From positions 24,718-88,717 of the forward strand of contig JAQTZV010000014.1 of the NCBI GenBank assembly GCA_028687585.1: a stretch of 64,000 bases of DNA, read 5' to 3'. Source of the stretch: Desulfuromonadaceae bacterium. GTDB taxonomy: Bacteria > Desulfobacterota > Desulfuromonadia > Geobacterales > Pseudopelobacteraceae. The translations under genes and the position numbers were made by a program. The notes beneath the pieces are model-generated. The model saw only the letters and a list, made by a program, of their open reading frames with translations. It was not told the origin of the DNA and ran no database searches. Of the stretch, positions 38,744 to 47,121 are shown in pieces (position 1 is the stretch's first letter; every line of letters begins with the position of its first letter).

Positions 38744-39142
38744 ATGAGGCTGAGTAACGAAGACCATATGCAGATCAGTGACTTGGCCGAAATGCTGGGA
38801 ATTACGACAAGAACGATCAGGCTCTATGAAAAACTCGGTCTGGTAGAACCTCCCAAACGAACTGACGGACGAGTCAGATACTATGAAAAAACGGATGTAA
38901 AACGGTTCAAATTTGTCCTCAAAGTCAAAGAGTTGGGGCTCTCATTGGAAGAGATGCGGGAGCTCGCCATTCTCTTTGACAAGGAACAAAAGGTACCGGA
39001 TAAAATTATGCCGCGGTTAACGGAACTGCTTGATACACACCTCAAAAGCATCAAACAGAAAGTTTCCACTCTTCAATCACTTGAAAAAGATATTACCGCC
39101 TATCGCCAACGGATCATTGATCAATACAATCTGACCAAGTAG
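38744..39142 (+). CDS. MerR-family transcriptional regulator
   Basis: ISDLAEMLGITTRTIRLYEKLGLV HTH plus a coiled-coil C-terminus. Confidence 0.85.
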   Translation: MRLSNEDHMQISDLAEMLGITTRTIRLYEKLGLVEPPKRTDGRVRYYEKTDVKRFKFVLKVKELGLSLEEMRELAILFDKEQKVPDKIMPRLTELLDTHLKSIKQKVSTLQSLEKDITAYRQRIIDQYNLTK

Positions 39143-39326
39143 CCTTCCCAATTCCAGATCAAAGTGTACTAAATCAGTATGTTCCAGCCTTTTCAATCTT
39201 TACACCTATTTTACGTTGTGGCTACCCCAAATCAGGAATATTCAATGATACCAGCAGGAAATACCCTGTGCTGTAAAAAATTTAAAACACGGTATACTTG
39301 CGGCATGCGAATGTAATGGAATATTT

Positions 39327-39342
39327 CGGCACTGAAATTGCT
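39327..39342 (+). promoter_or_regulatory. Candidate sigma-54 promoter cGGCACT-N4-TTGCT
   Basis: GGCAC at 39328-39332 and TTGCT at 39338-39342 with canonical spacing, about 40 nt upstream of ATG 39384. Confidence 0.45.
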
Positions 39343-39383
39343 GATAGGTGGTATACTGTCTAAAACAGAAAAGGAGATTCCGT

Positions 39384-39935
39384 ATGAAAAAAACAGTACT
39401 GGTTTTTGTCTTGGTCGCCTTGACGGCATCAACTGCACAGGCAGGGGTGAACGTCAATGTGAATGTCGGTGTGCCGGCCCCCCGGGTTGTTGTGTCCTCG
39501 CCATCGGTGTACTTTGAAGTCGCACCGCTCTTTGTCGCCCCCTCCCGGCTCGGTTTTTATGTCGGCGCTGAAACTCCGTATGACATCATCTTCAGCTCGG
39601 ATTACTACTATCTGTACTATGGTAACAGCTGGCATAATTCCCGCCATTACAACGGCCCCTGGGTTGAAGTCCACTACCGGGATCTGCCCCCTGCTATACG
39701 GAATCACCGGATAGAGGAGATTCGCTCATATCGCGACCGGGAATATCGCTCGTATCGAAATGAGCGGAATAACTATCGCGGGCGACACTTCCGCCCCGAC
39801 CATGAGCGGAAGGAAGAGATGAAACAAGATCGTCGGCGCGATAAAGAAGAGCGGAAATATGAAAAGCGGCGTGACAAGGAAGAGCGGAAGGAAGAAAAGC
39901 GGGATCAAAAACAGCACGGCCATGGCAGAGACTGA
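39384..39935 (+). CDS. Secreted protein with highly charged Arg/Lys/Glu/Asp-rich C-terminal tail, unknown function
   Basis: AAGGAG SD, signal peptide MKKTVLVFVLVALTASTAQA, Tyr/Trp-rich core, C-terminal ...RRDKEERKYEKRRDKEERKEEKRDQK. Confidence 0.55.
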   Translation: MKKTVLVFVLVALTASTAQAGVNVNVNVGVPAPRVVVSSPSVYFEVAPLFVAPSRLGFYVGAETPYDIIFSSDYYYLYYGNSWHNSRHYNGPWVEVHYRDLPPAIRNHRIEEIRSYRDREYRSYRNERNNYRGRHFRPDHERKEEMKQDRRRDKEERKYEKRRDKEERKEEKRDQKQHGHGRD

Positions 39936-39943
39936 AGTAACCT

Positions 39944-41230
39944 TCAGGCGATGCTGACGATCTCACCGGCTTCATCGTCAAGTTTATCGACCTGTTCCAG
40001 CAGGTCATTAATATTGATCTGGCTTAATTCCAGGCTGGTAAAGGTCATATCCATGATCTCTTCCGGTTGACTGTTCAGGTAGGCCATGGCATTTGAGAGG
40101 TTGATCACCTCCGCAAGATTGACATTTTCTTTGGCTTGATCCGGAATGTGGTGATAGCGGATAACATCCTTGATGTCACTTCCGAAGTTCCACTTTTCGG
40201 CCAGCAAGTAGCCGACCTCGGCATGATTCTCTTCTATCAGCTGTTCTCGCTCGTCGGGCAACAACAGGTAATCACTGAGCATGTCTATCAGGATTGTTTT
40301 GCCGATGTCGTGCAGAAGGCCGCTGATAAAAGCTAATTCATGGTTGCCACGCATGGCTTGGGTAATTTGACGGGCTATCATGCCACAGACCAGACAGTGC
40401 TGAAGCACTTTCTTGATCTCCTTGGCGTTGCACGGGCTGAAACTGCTCATCGCATGCACGGTGACAATACTCAAAAGTGATTTAAGGCCGATGAATACAA
40501 CCGCTGCTTTCAGGCTGGAAAAAGTGCCGAGATGGCCATAGTAGGGCGAGTTGCATATTCTGAGAATCTTTGAAACAAGAATCTGGTCTGTTATGCATTC
40601 GACAATTTCATTTATTGAGATGGTCGGGATATCAATCTTTTCTGCAAGTTCCATCATAACATCGGGGATCGGCGGTAGTTCGAAATTCCCCTCTTTAATC
40701 TGATCACGGATTTCGTTTAACACCTTCCCGGCATTAACTTGATTCCCCGGACTCTCTACGTCGAAGTTCCGGGCCGATGTCATCAGGACATGGATTGATT
40801 CGAGCCTGATAGGGCTGTTTAGTACGAAACGGGGGAGTTCATCTATAAACTCGAATGTACCGGTGTTCCATTTGAGCGCATTTGTCAGGACTACTTCAGC
40901 GGCTTTTCTGAGTATATCCTCCAGTTGGTCTATTAAGAAAACCTGTTCTGACAAAAGGTAACCGATAAATGGCAGTCCGAGTGACACTGATTCGGTAAAA
41001 GCCTTGTCAAGTATATCCTGGCTGATATGGGTCCGGTCTTTCAAGAAATAGCCGAAATGCTCTTCCTCGCAGTTTGACCAGATAAAGATTATTTTTCCTT
41101 CCTGAAAATAGATCTTTTTCTGCTCTCCATGGCGATTCAGTATGAGGGTACCGGAACGCATACTGTGAACAGCCAGTTGGACTAGGTCTGCAAGAGGCAT
41201 GAGGCTGAGATTGCCGTTGAATTTTCGCAT
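39944..41230 (-). CDS. DUF4388 (PATAN-like) plus HDOD domain signalling protein
   Basis: LADLVQLAVHSMRSGTLIL...IYFQEGKIIF at the N-terminus. HDOD-like ELPPIPDVMMEL...ILRICNSPYYG and HD-like LLHDIGK. ATG 41230 preferred over TTG 41260. Confidence 0.65.
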   Translation of the reverse strand: MRKFNGNLSLMPLADLVQLAVHSMRSGTLILNRHGEQKKIYFQEGKIIFIWSNCEEEHFGYFLKDRTHISQDILDKAFTESVSLGLPFIGYLLSEQVFLIDQLEDILRKAAEVVLTNALKWNTGTFEFIDELPRFVLNSPIRLESIHVLMTSARNFDVESPGNQVNAGKVLNEIRDQIKEGNFELPPIPDVMMELAEKIDIPTISINEIVECITDQILVSKILRICNSPYYGHLGTFSSLKAAVVFIGLKSLLSIVTVHAMSSFSPCNAKEIKKVLQHCLVCGMIARQITQAMRGNHELAFISGLLHDIGKTILIDMLSDYLLLPDEREQLIEENHAEVGYLLAEKWNFGSDIKDVIRYHHIPDQAKENVNLAEVINLSNAMAYLNSQPEEIMDMTFTSLELSQININDLLEQVDKLDDEAGEIVSIA

Positions 41231-41368
41231 GGTGCAATCCTGTGATTCTGCAGAGATCAAAATAGTGGTGGGCTCTATTTCGGCAAGTATAATTAAAAAT
41301 AGTCAAAAAACATATGGATAATTTTTGCCGGTTTTAATAATGCGTTTTGCATCCCAGTGCAACGCACA

Positions 41369-41393
41369 CAAAAAAGGCGACATTTCTGTCGCC
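41369..41393 (-). terminator. Intrinsic terminator downstream of the 565-aa dehydrogenase gene
   Basis: GGCGACA-TTTC-TGTCGCC stem (41376-41393), followed on the minus strand by a T-run. Confidence 0.7.
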
Positions 41394-41423
41394 TTTCAGA
41401 TCCTTCTTGAGTAAAGTAAGTTG

Positions 41424-43121
41424 TTATCCCGCCATCTCATATACCCCGTTCAAGCTGTACACATACCGTTGCAGAACCGTCTGATATCGTGATTCATCAA
41501 CGTGTGACTTGCGCACAAGCTTCATGCAGTACGCCATCTGTGCCTCTGTGCTGGAAGGTTTGCTGTACAACTGCAGGGCGAACTTTGACAAATCCCGCAC
41601 CATGAAATCGAAAATCTGGTCGACAACTGCTTCATCGGTGGCAAGCAGGGTTGCGTTTTCAAGGATCAACTGGCCATAGACCACCAGGGTGAAAATCTCT
41701 CCGACGGTCAGCAGGAAGTCGATATCCTTCTGCTGCCCCGCATCCGGTGTTGCCTTTACCAGGAACTCGCGAAACACGCCGATCTGCTCTGTGAAGATTC
41801 TGACATTGGGAAGGGCGCTCCCTACATAAGCCGGACGGTAGTCGTGGAAGCGTACTTTGCCGAGCCCCTTGGTTGCGCCCTGATTGAAGAGAAAATCGTC
41901 GTTGGTCGCTTCGAGGCGGCGCGGCACGGCGGTGTATTCTGACGGATTGAAGAAGTAATTTTGCATGAACTTGACGATCAGCGCGATGTTGACATGCACG
42001 GTCCCTTCAAGCTTGGGAAGCGCCCTGATGTCGCGGGCTGCCGTGTCGAAATACATATCCTTCTCAAACCCCTTGGCCGCGATCACATCCCAGAGCAGGT
42101 TGATTACCTCTTCCCCCTGAGTTGTTACTTTCATTTTTACCACCGGATTATATAACAGGTAACGGCGGTCTTCGGCCGAGGCGCTCCGCATATAGTCAGA
42201 AGCACGCATGGCAAAGAGTTTCATGGCGACCAGACGGGCATAGGCATCGACGAACATCTGCTTCACATGGGAGAAGTCAGTGACATGCATGCCGTAGAGG
42301 CTGCGTGCCGATGCGTGATTGATCGCCTCGTAGAAGGCGTGGGTGCAGATGCCGATGGTGGCCCAGCCAAGATTGTATTTGCCGATATTGACGGTGTTGA
42401 GCGTTGCGTTCCAGGCGTCATCGCCTGTTGACAGGATGTCGGCTTCCGTCACCGGATAGTCGTGCAGATTGAATTCGGCTACATAGGATTGGGTGGCGGT
42501 GATGTTCTTGGCCAGCTCGTACTGCTCATGCTTGCTGTTAACGACAAAAAAGACGTATTCGCCGCCATCCGGTTTGCGTCCGAAGGTCGAAACCATCGAC
42601 GCTTCATTGCCGTTGCCGATGTAGTATTTGTCGCCCCGTGCCAGATAACTGCCGTCAGCCTGCGGAATCAGCAGCATGTCGCTCGCGTAGATGTCGGCGC
42701 CATGCTCCTTCTCCGACAGGCCGAAGGCGAAGATCGCACCGTCGTCAAGTAATTGTGCCGCTTTCCGCTTCAACTCCTCGTTGCCGCTCATCCAGATCGG
42801 TCCGAGCCCCAGAATGGTCACCTGCCAGGTATACCAGTAACAGAGGCCGTAAAAACCGAGCAGCTCGTTGAAGGCACAGAGACGAGAGGTGTCCCAGCGG
42901 CAGTCGCTGCCGCCGTAGCCGGCGGGTGTCAGCAGGGTGGCAAAGATCCGCTCCCGCTTCACGAAGTCGAGAAAATCGGCATACCAGGCCCGGTTCAGGT
43001 CGTCTTCCTTGAGCTGCTTCTTTCCCTTCGTTTCAAAAAACGCGACGGTCTTGCGGAGCATGTCGTTCAACACCGGATCGGGATGGTTTTCTATCAGTTG
43101 TTTCGGATTGAGCAGGAACAT
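41424..43121 (-). CDS. Long acyl-CoA dehydrogenase-family protein
   Basis: 565 aa with an overall ACAD-like layout. Placed in a beta-oxidation cluster and separated by 3 nt from the upstream Fe-S gene. Confidence 0.7.
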   Translation of the reverse strand: MFLLNPKQLIENHPDPVLNDMLRKTVAFFETKGKKQLKEDDLNRAWYADFLDFVKRERIFATLLTPAGYGGSDCRWDTSRLCAFNELLGFYGLCYWYTWQVTILGLGPIWMSGNEELKRKAAQLLDDGAIFAFGLSEKEHGADIYASDMLLIPQADGSYLARGDKYYIGNGNEASMVSTFGRKPDGGEYVFFVVNSKHEQYELAKNITATQSYVAEFNLHDYPVTEADILSTGDDAWNATLNTVNIGKYNLGWATIGICTHAFYEAINHASARSLYGMHVTDFSHVKQMFVDAYARLVAMKLFAMRASDYMRSASAEDRRYLLYNPVVKMKVTTQGEEVINLLWDVIAAKGFEKDMYFDTAARDIRALPKLEGTVHVNIALIVKFMQNYFFNPSEYTAVPRRLEATNDDFLFNQGATKGLGKVRFHDYRPAYVGSALPNVRIFTEQIGVFREFLVKATPDAGQQKDIDFLLTVGEIFTLVVYGQLILENATLLATDEAVVDQIFDFMVRDLSKFALQLYSKPSSTEAQMAYCMKLVRKSHVDESRYQTVLQRYVYSLNGVYEMAG

Positions 43122-43124
43122 GGG

Positions 43125-44333
43125 TTACTCCTTAATAATTGGTATGGTTTTACCGGTCGGTTTCCCGAGGAAGAGGCCACGCAGACTTTTCTTGATGCCG
43201 CTGACGACAAACGGTGCCAGGCGGCGCTTCTCCTTGAGGATGCGGATGAACAGATCCTTGCGCTTCAACGGCGGTGTCTCCCGGTTGGCGACCGGAACCA
43301 TCGAGAGCGCGCCAAGCTTGCAGGCGGTTACACAGGCGCCGCAACCGAGGCAGATCTCTTCATCAGCCACCGCGTAGCGGTCGCTTTTCTGTGAAAACGT
43401 CACTCCCTGCGGCAGGGCGATAGCCTTGACGTTGCAGGCACGGAAGCAGAGACCGCAGCCGCTGCAGCGCTCCCGGTCGATAACGGCGCGGAAACCGGTT
43501 TTAGCGACTCCCGTATGGTAGCCCATCTGCACCCCGGCCAACAGTTCGCAGCAGCAGCTGCAGCAGTTGCAGATGAACGATGGCTTGTGACGTATATTGT
43601 CGGTAATGTGCGTCAGGTTCAGCGCTCTGGCGCTTTCAAGCACCGCCAGCAGTTCATCAACGCTCTTCTCCCGGGCAAAGCCGCGCCGTGCCATGAAGCG
43701 GGCGGCGCTCCCGAGCGAAATGCAGATGCCATCAGTTGGCGCTCCTTTGTCACAGGTTTCGCCGAGATGCTCTTTCTTGTGGCGGCAGTAGCACATCCCG
43801 ACCGCGCCGAATCCGGCCTCACGAATGATGTCGCGGGCTCGGTCATAGCTGGTGACTTCCGAGGTGACCGGGATATGCTCTTCATAGAGCAGCGAGCGGG
43901 TCAGCGGCGTCTTGCCACCGAAAAACTCCGCTGCCTGGCTCTCTTCAAGATATTCCCGCATCAACAGCGCAAGACGCGGGAGTGGCAGATCGGCACGGTT
44001 CTTCATGAATGTGAACTCGAAGAAACCGATCAATCCCGGCAGCAGCAGGTAATAGACTTCGTCGCCATAGGGCATATCCATCACCAGCCCCTTGTCGGCC
44101 ATCTTCTCCAACAGTGATTGCAGCTCGTCCGCCGGTATCTTTGTCAGTCGCACCAGTTCCGGCAGAGTCGCCTCCTCCAACGGAAAACGGGATGCGACAA
44201 AGGCTTCCCGTTCATCAAAGAGGAGCGCCAGAATCTCGCGCAGTTTGTCCGTGTCCACGAGTCCAATCGGATATTTGTTGAGCCGGTCGATCAGCGGCAC
44301 GATACTGCTTTTAGAACCGAGGTGATGTCCCAT
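43125..44333 (-). CDS. Fe-S protein: Cys-rich core (MCYCRHK..C, CNCCSCCC) plus 2x[4Fe-4S] ferredoxin domain
   Basis: CNCCSCCC at 43548-43571, and CSGCGLCFRAC / CLGCGACVTAC ferredoxin motifs. Confidence 0.7.
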   Translation of the reverse strand: MGHHLGSKSSIVPLIDRLNKYPIGLVDTDKLREILALLFDEREAFVASRFPLEEATLPELVRLTKIPADELQSLLEKMADKGLVMDMPYGDEVYYLLLPGLIGFFEFTFMKNRADLPLPRLALLMREYLEESQAAEFFGGKTPLTRSLLYEEHIPVTSEVTSYDRARDIIREAGFGAVGMCYCRHKKEHLGETCDKGAPTDGICISLGSAARFMARRGFAREKSVDELLAVLESARALNLTHITDNIRHKPSFICNCCSCCCELLAGVQMGYHTGVAKTGFRAVIDRERCSGCGLCFRACNVKAIALPQGVTFSQKSDRYAVADEEICLGCGACVTACKLGALSMVPVANRETPPLKRKDLFIRILKEKRRLAPFVVSGIKKSLRGLFLGKPTGKTIPIIKE

Positions 44334-44434
44334 GGCATATTCCTTTAGGAACTGTAAATAAATGGCTTGGTTAATATTGCGCTCAGACGCTCAGATTCGG
44401 GTTATCTTTGACCGACCTTCAATCACCAAATCCC

Positions 44435-45217
44435 TTAGTCAAATTTTGTGAAATCCGGTTTTCTCCGCTCCATAAATGCCTGCAGTGCCTCGGCCGCTTC
44501 CGGCGATTTGAGCCGTGCCATGAATTGTGCCCCCTCTTCGGTGATGGTTTCCCGCAGCTCTGCTGCATAATCCCGCTTGAGAAGACTCTTTGCCAGACGC
44601 ACCGCGGCCGCCGGTTGGGCCGCAAGTTGCAGGGCACTGTTTCGTGCGGTGGGGAGAACATCCCCGTCCGGGCAGACAGCGGTTACAATTCCGACGGCAC
44701 AGGCTTTGTCCGAGCTGAATACTTCGCCCAGGAGCAGCAGTTCTGCTGCCCGCTGATGCCCCATGATACGCGGCAAAAGCAGTGTTGATCCCGCTTCCGG
44801 GCAGAGTCCCAGGTTGACAAACGGCATCTGGAAGGTGGCGCTGCTCCCGGCATACACCAGTTCGCAATGCAGCAGCATGGTGACGCCGACCCCGACCGCC
44901 AGACCATTGACCGCCGCCACAATCGGCTTGCGGGTCTCGCTGACGGCGATCAGAAACTGCATGACCGGACTGTTTGCGCCGGTTGGCGGCGTTGTGAGGA
45001 AGTCGGCCAGATCGTTGCCGCTGGTGAAGCAGTCATCACAGCCGCAGATCAGGATTACCCGGACCTCGGTATCACTGTCCGCCTCTGTAAGGCCATCAGC
45101 CAGGGCCTGATACATGGCCAGATTGAGGGCGTTTTTCTTGTCGGGGCGGTTGATGCGAAGCGTTAAAATGCCGTCGCTGAATTCGCTGTGGATATGTTGT
45201 GCGCTGCTCATGCTCAT
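44435..45217 (-). CDS. Enoyl-CoA hydratase/isomerase
   Basis: Crotonase fold motifs FTSGNDL and AAVNGLAVGVGVTMLLHCEL. Confidence 0.85.
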   Translation of the reverse strand: MSMSSAQHIHSEFSDGILTLRINRPDKKNALNLAMYQALADGLTEADSDTEVRVILICGCDDCFTSGNDLADFLTTPPTGANSPVMQFLIAVSETRKPIVAAVNGLAVGVGVTMLLHCELVYAGSSATFQMPFVNLGLCPEAGSTLLLPRIMGHQRAAELLLLGEVFSSDKACAVGIVTAVCPDGDVLPTARNSALQLAAQPAAAVRLAKSLLKRDYAAELRETITEEGAQFMARLKSPEAAEALQAFMERRKPDFTKFD

Positions 45218-45235
45218 AGTGACTGCTCCTTTGAG

Positions 45236-45622
45236 TTACGCCATCGCCTTGATGATTTCCGGAATTGCTACCGTTTTGCCCTTGATGCTGTCAAAACAGA
45301 CCATTGTGGTGCGGGCCGTGGCGTAGGTTTTGTCCTGGTCGTCATGAAGCCGATATTCCAGGTCGAAACTTGATCGTCCTGTTTTTGCTATCCAGAGCGT
45401 AACGATGACAGTGTCATAGAGTGTGATCGGGATCTTGAAGTCGCATTCCGCACGTGCGACAAGCGTGAAGATGCCATGCTGCGTGACTTCCCTGAAGAAT
45501 GCATTGAATAGCTTGACCCGCGCTGTTTCCAGATAGGTGAAGTAGATGGCGCTGTTTACGTGGCCATAGGCGTCAAGGTCGGAAAAACGTAATTCAATGC
45601 TGGTTGAGTATGTCTGCGGCAT
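45236..45622 (-). CDS. Acyl-CoA thioesterase (4HBT/YbgC-like hotdog)
   Basis: ELRFSDLDAYGHVNSAIYFTYLE motif. The ATG pair at 45625/45622 follows AAGGAG. Confidence 0.7.
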   Translation of the reverse strand: MPQTYSTSIELRFSDLDAYGHVNSAIYFTYLETARVKLFNAFFREVTQHGIFTLVARAECDFKIPITLYDTVIVTLWIAKTGRSSFDLEYRLHDDQDKTYATARTTMVCFDSIKGKTVAIPEIIKAMA

Positions 45623-46541
45623 CATAAACTCCTTCTTTGTAAGCGTCCTGTTGAAGCCATTCGAGCACTTCAGGAAAATGGTCGTGTATGGCATCGGGGT
45701 GGGTAAGCATGCTTATGTGGTCATAGTCGTGCAGATTACCGTTGGTGCGGGAGAGCACCGTATAGCGGCATTGCTGTCTGCCGGCGGATTTCATAAAATC
45801 CTGCACATCACGCGGGTGCCCGAGGACATGGTCGTTTTCTGCGGCAATATACCAGATCGGCGGGAGGGATATCTTCTTTATGGCCGCGCCATAGTCGAAA
45901 CCATTGTCGGAATCTATCCAGGCGTCGTGTTTTACCCAGGCCGCGCTCTGCCGGTATGACTTGACCGTTTCGCTGTCGGAGCCTATGCGAAGCCACCGCG
46001 CCGGGAGATAGCCGGCAACGAGGCATGACAGCGGGCAGAGCAGCTTCCAGACCAGTTCCACCTTGAAAATTCGCTCGAAGCTCCAGACCCGTATGGTTCG
46101 TTTGCTCCCGAAATATACCAGCGAACGAACCAACTCCGTGTACTCGGGAAATCGTGCCAAAACGGAGGAGAAAAGGACACCGCCCCACGAATGCGCCACC
46201 CACTGCTGCGGAACCGGGCCGCGCAGCCGTTTTATCGCTTCGACGCATGCCGGAATATCTTCGCTAATCGCCTCGGTCTGGCCGAAACGCGAGCTCCGCT
46301 TGATAGGCGGTCTGCTTTTGCCGCGTCCGCGCAGGTCGGCAACATAGACGTCAAAGCCGTTGCGCGCCAGAAAAGGCGCCAGACCCTTTCCTGATCCTGA
46401 GTAGAATATGCGGCCGTTTTCGATGGCGCCGTGCAGCATGAGAACCGGCGGTCCCGATTCCGGACCGGTAAACCGCTGAAGGTTGAGAATGTCACCGCCC
46501 GACAGTGGCACCGGTATTGATTGCTGCCGAACAGTCCGCAT
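45594..46541 (-). CDS. Alpha/beta hydrolase
   Basis: LMLHG oxyanion region and AHSWGG nucleophile elbow. Confidence 0.7.
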   Translation of the reverse strand: MRTVRQQSIPVPLSGGDILNLQRFTGPESGPPVLMLHGAIENGRIFYSGSGKGLAPFLARNGFDVYVADLRGRGKSRPPIKRSSRFGQTEAISEDIPACVEAIKRLRGPVPQQWVAHSWGGVLFSSVLARFPEYTELVRSLVYFGSKRTIRVWSFERIFKVELVWKLLCPLSCLVAGYLPARWLRIGSDSETVKSYRQSAAWVKHDAWIDSDNGFDYGAAIKKISLPPIWYIAAENDHVLGHPRDVQDFMKSAGRQQCRYTVLSRTNGNLHDYDHISMLTHPDAIHDHFPEVLEWLQQDAYKEGVYDAADILNQH

Positions 46542-47098
46542 TACTCCTTGCCGAGCATCCCTTTTTTGAGCGAGTCATCAGCCGGTTTTTCGCCGAGATA
46601 GATGGCGAGAACACCCTTGGCAAGTTTGGTGGAGGGAACGTTGCCCAGTGATTTTCCGTTATGACTGACTGAAACGCTACCGTCGGCTGAAAGAATCAGA
46701 TCAACGATATCGCCCTTGATAAAATCAACGGTAAAGAGTGATAAAAATTTTTTTACTTCAGGAGAGCCAATCAGATCAGGTGCATTGTTAGCCAGGCCCT
46801 CACCAAATATCTCGGTCATCTTCTCTTTTTCTATCTTTGAGTGCAGAAGGTTTATTCTGATTAATTTGTCTCCAATGTCCAACAGCGCTTCAGAGCCTGT
46901 AGAAAGACGTTTGTTGGAGTACAGTGAGCCGACATAAATCTTTACGAACCACTTCTTCCTGATTCCGGAACCGTTCAATTTCAGTTGCTGGCTGTTTACC
47001 GTTACGGTTGGATCCAGCTTCACCCCGGCTACTTCAACGGCATGTGACGGGGCGGTACATAACAGTGTCAAAACAAGTGCCACAAAAAGTTTTTTCAT
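46541..47098 (-). CDS. Periplasmic chalcone-isomerase-like (fatty-acid-binding fold) protein
   Basis: Signal peptide, then VAGVKLDPTV...LKLNGSGIRKKWFVKIYVGSLY, recalled from the CHI-like family. Confidence 0.55.
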   Translation of the reverse strand: MKKLFVALVLTLLCTAPSHAVEVAGVKLDPTVTVNSQQLKLNGSGIRKKWFVKIYVGSLYSNKRLSTGSEALLDIGDKLIRINLLHSKIEKEKMTEIFGEGLANNAPDLIGSPEVKKFLSLFTVDFIKGDIVDLILSADGSVSVSHNGKSLGNVPSTKLAKGVLAIYLGEKPADDSLKKGMLGKE

Positions 47099-47121
47099 AC
47101 GAACTCCTTTGATGAGTAATT

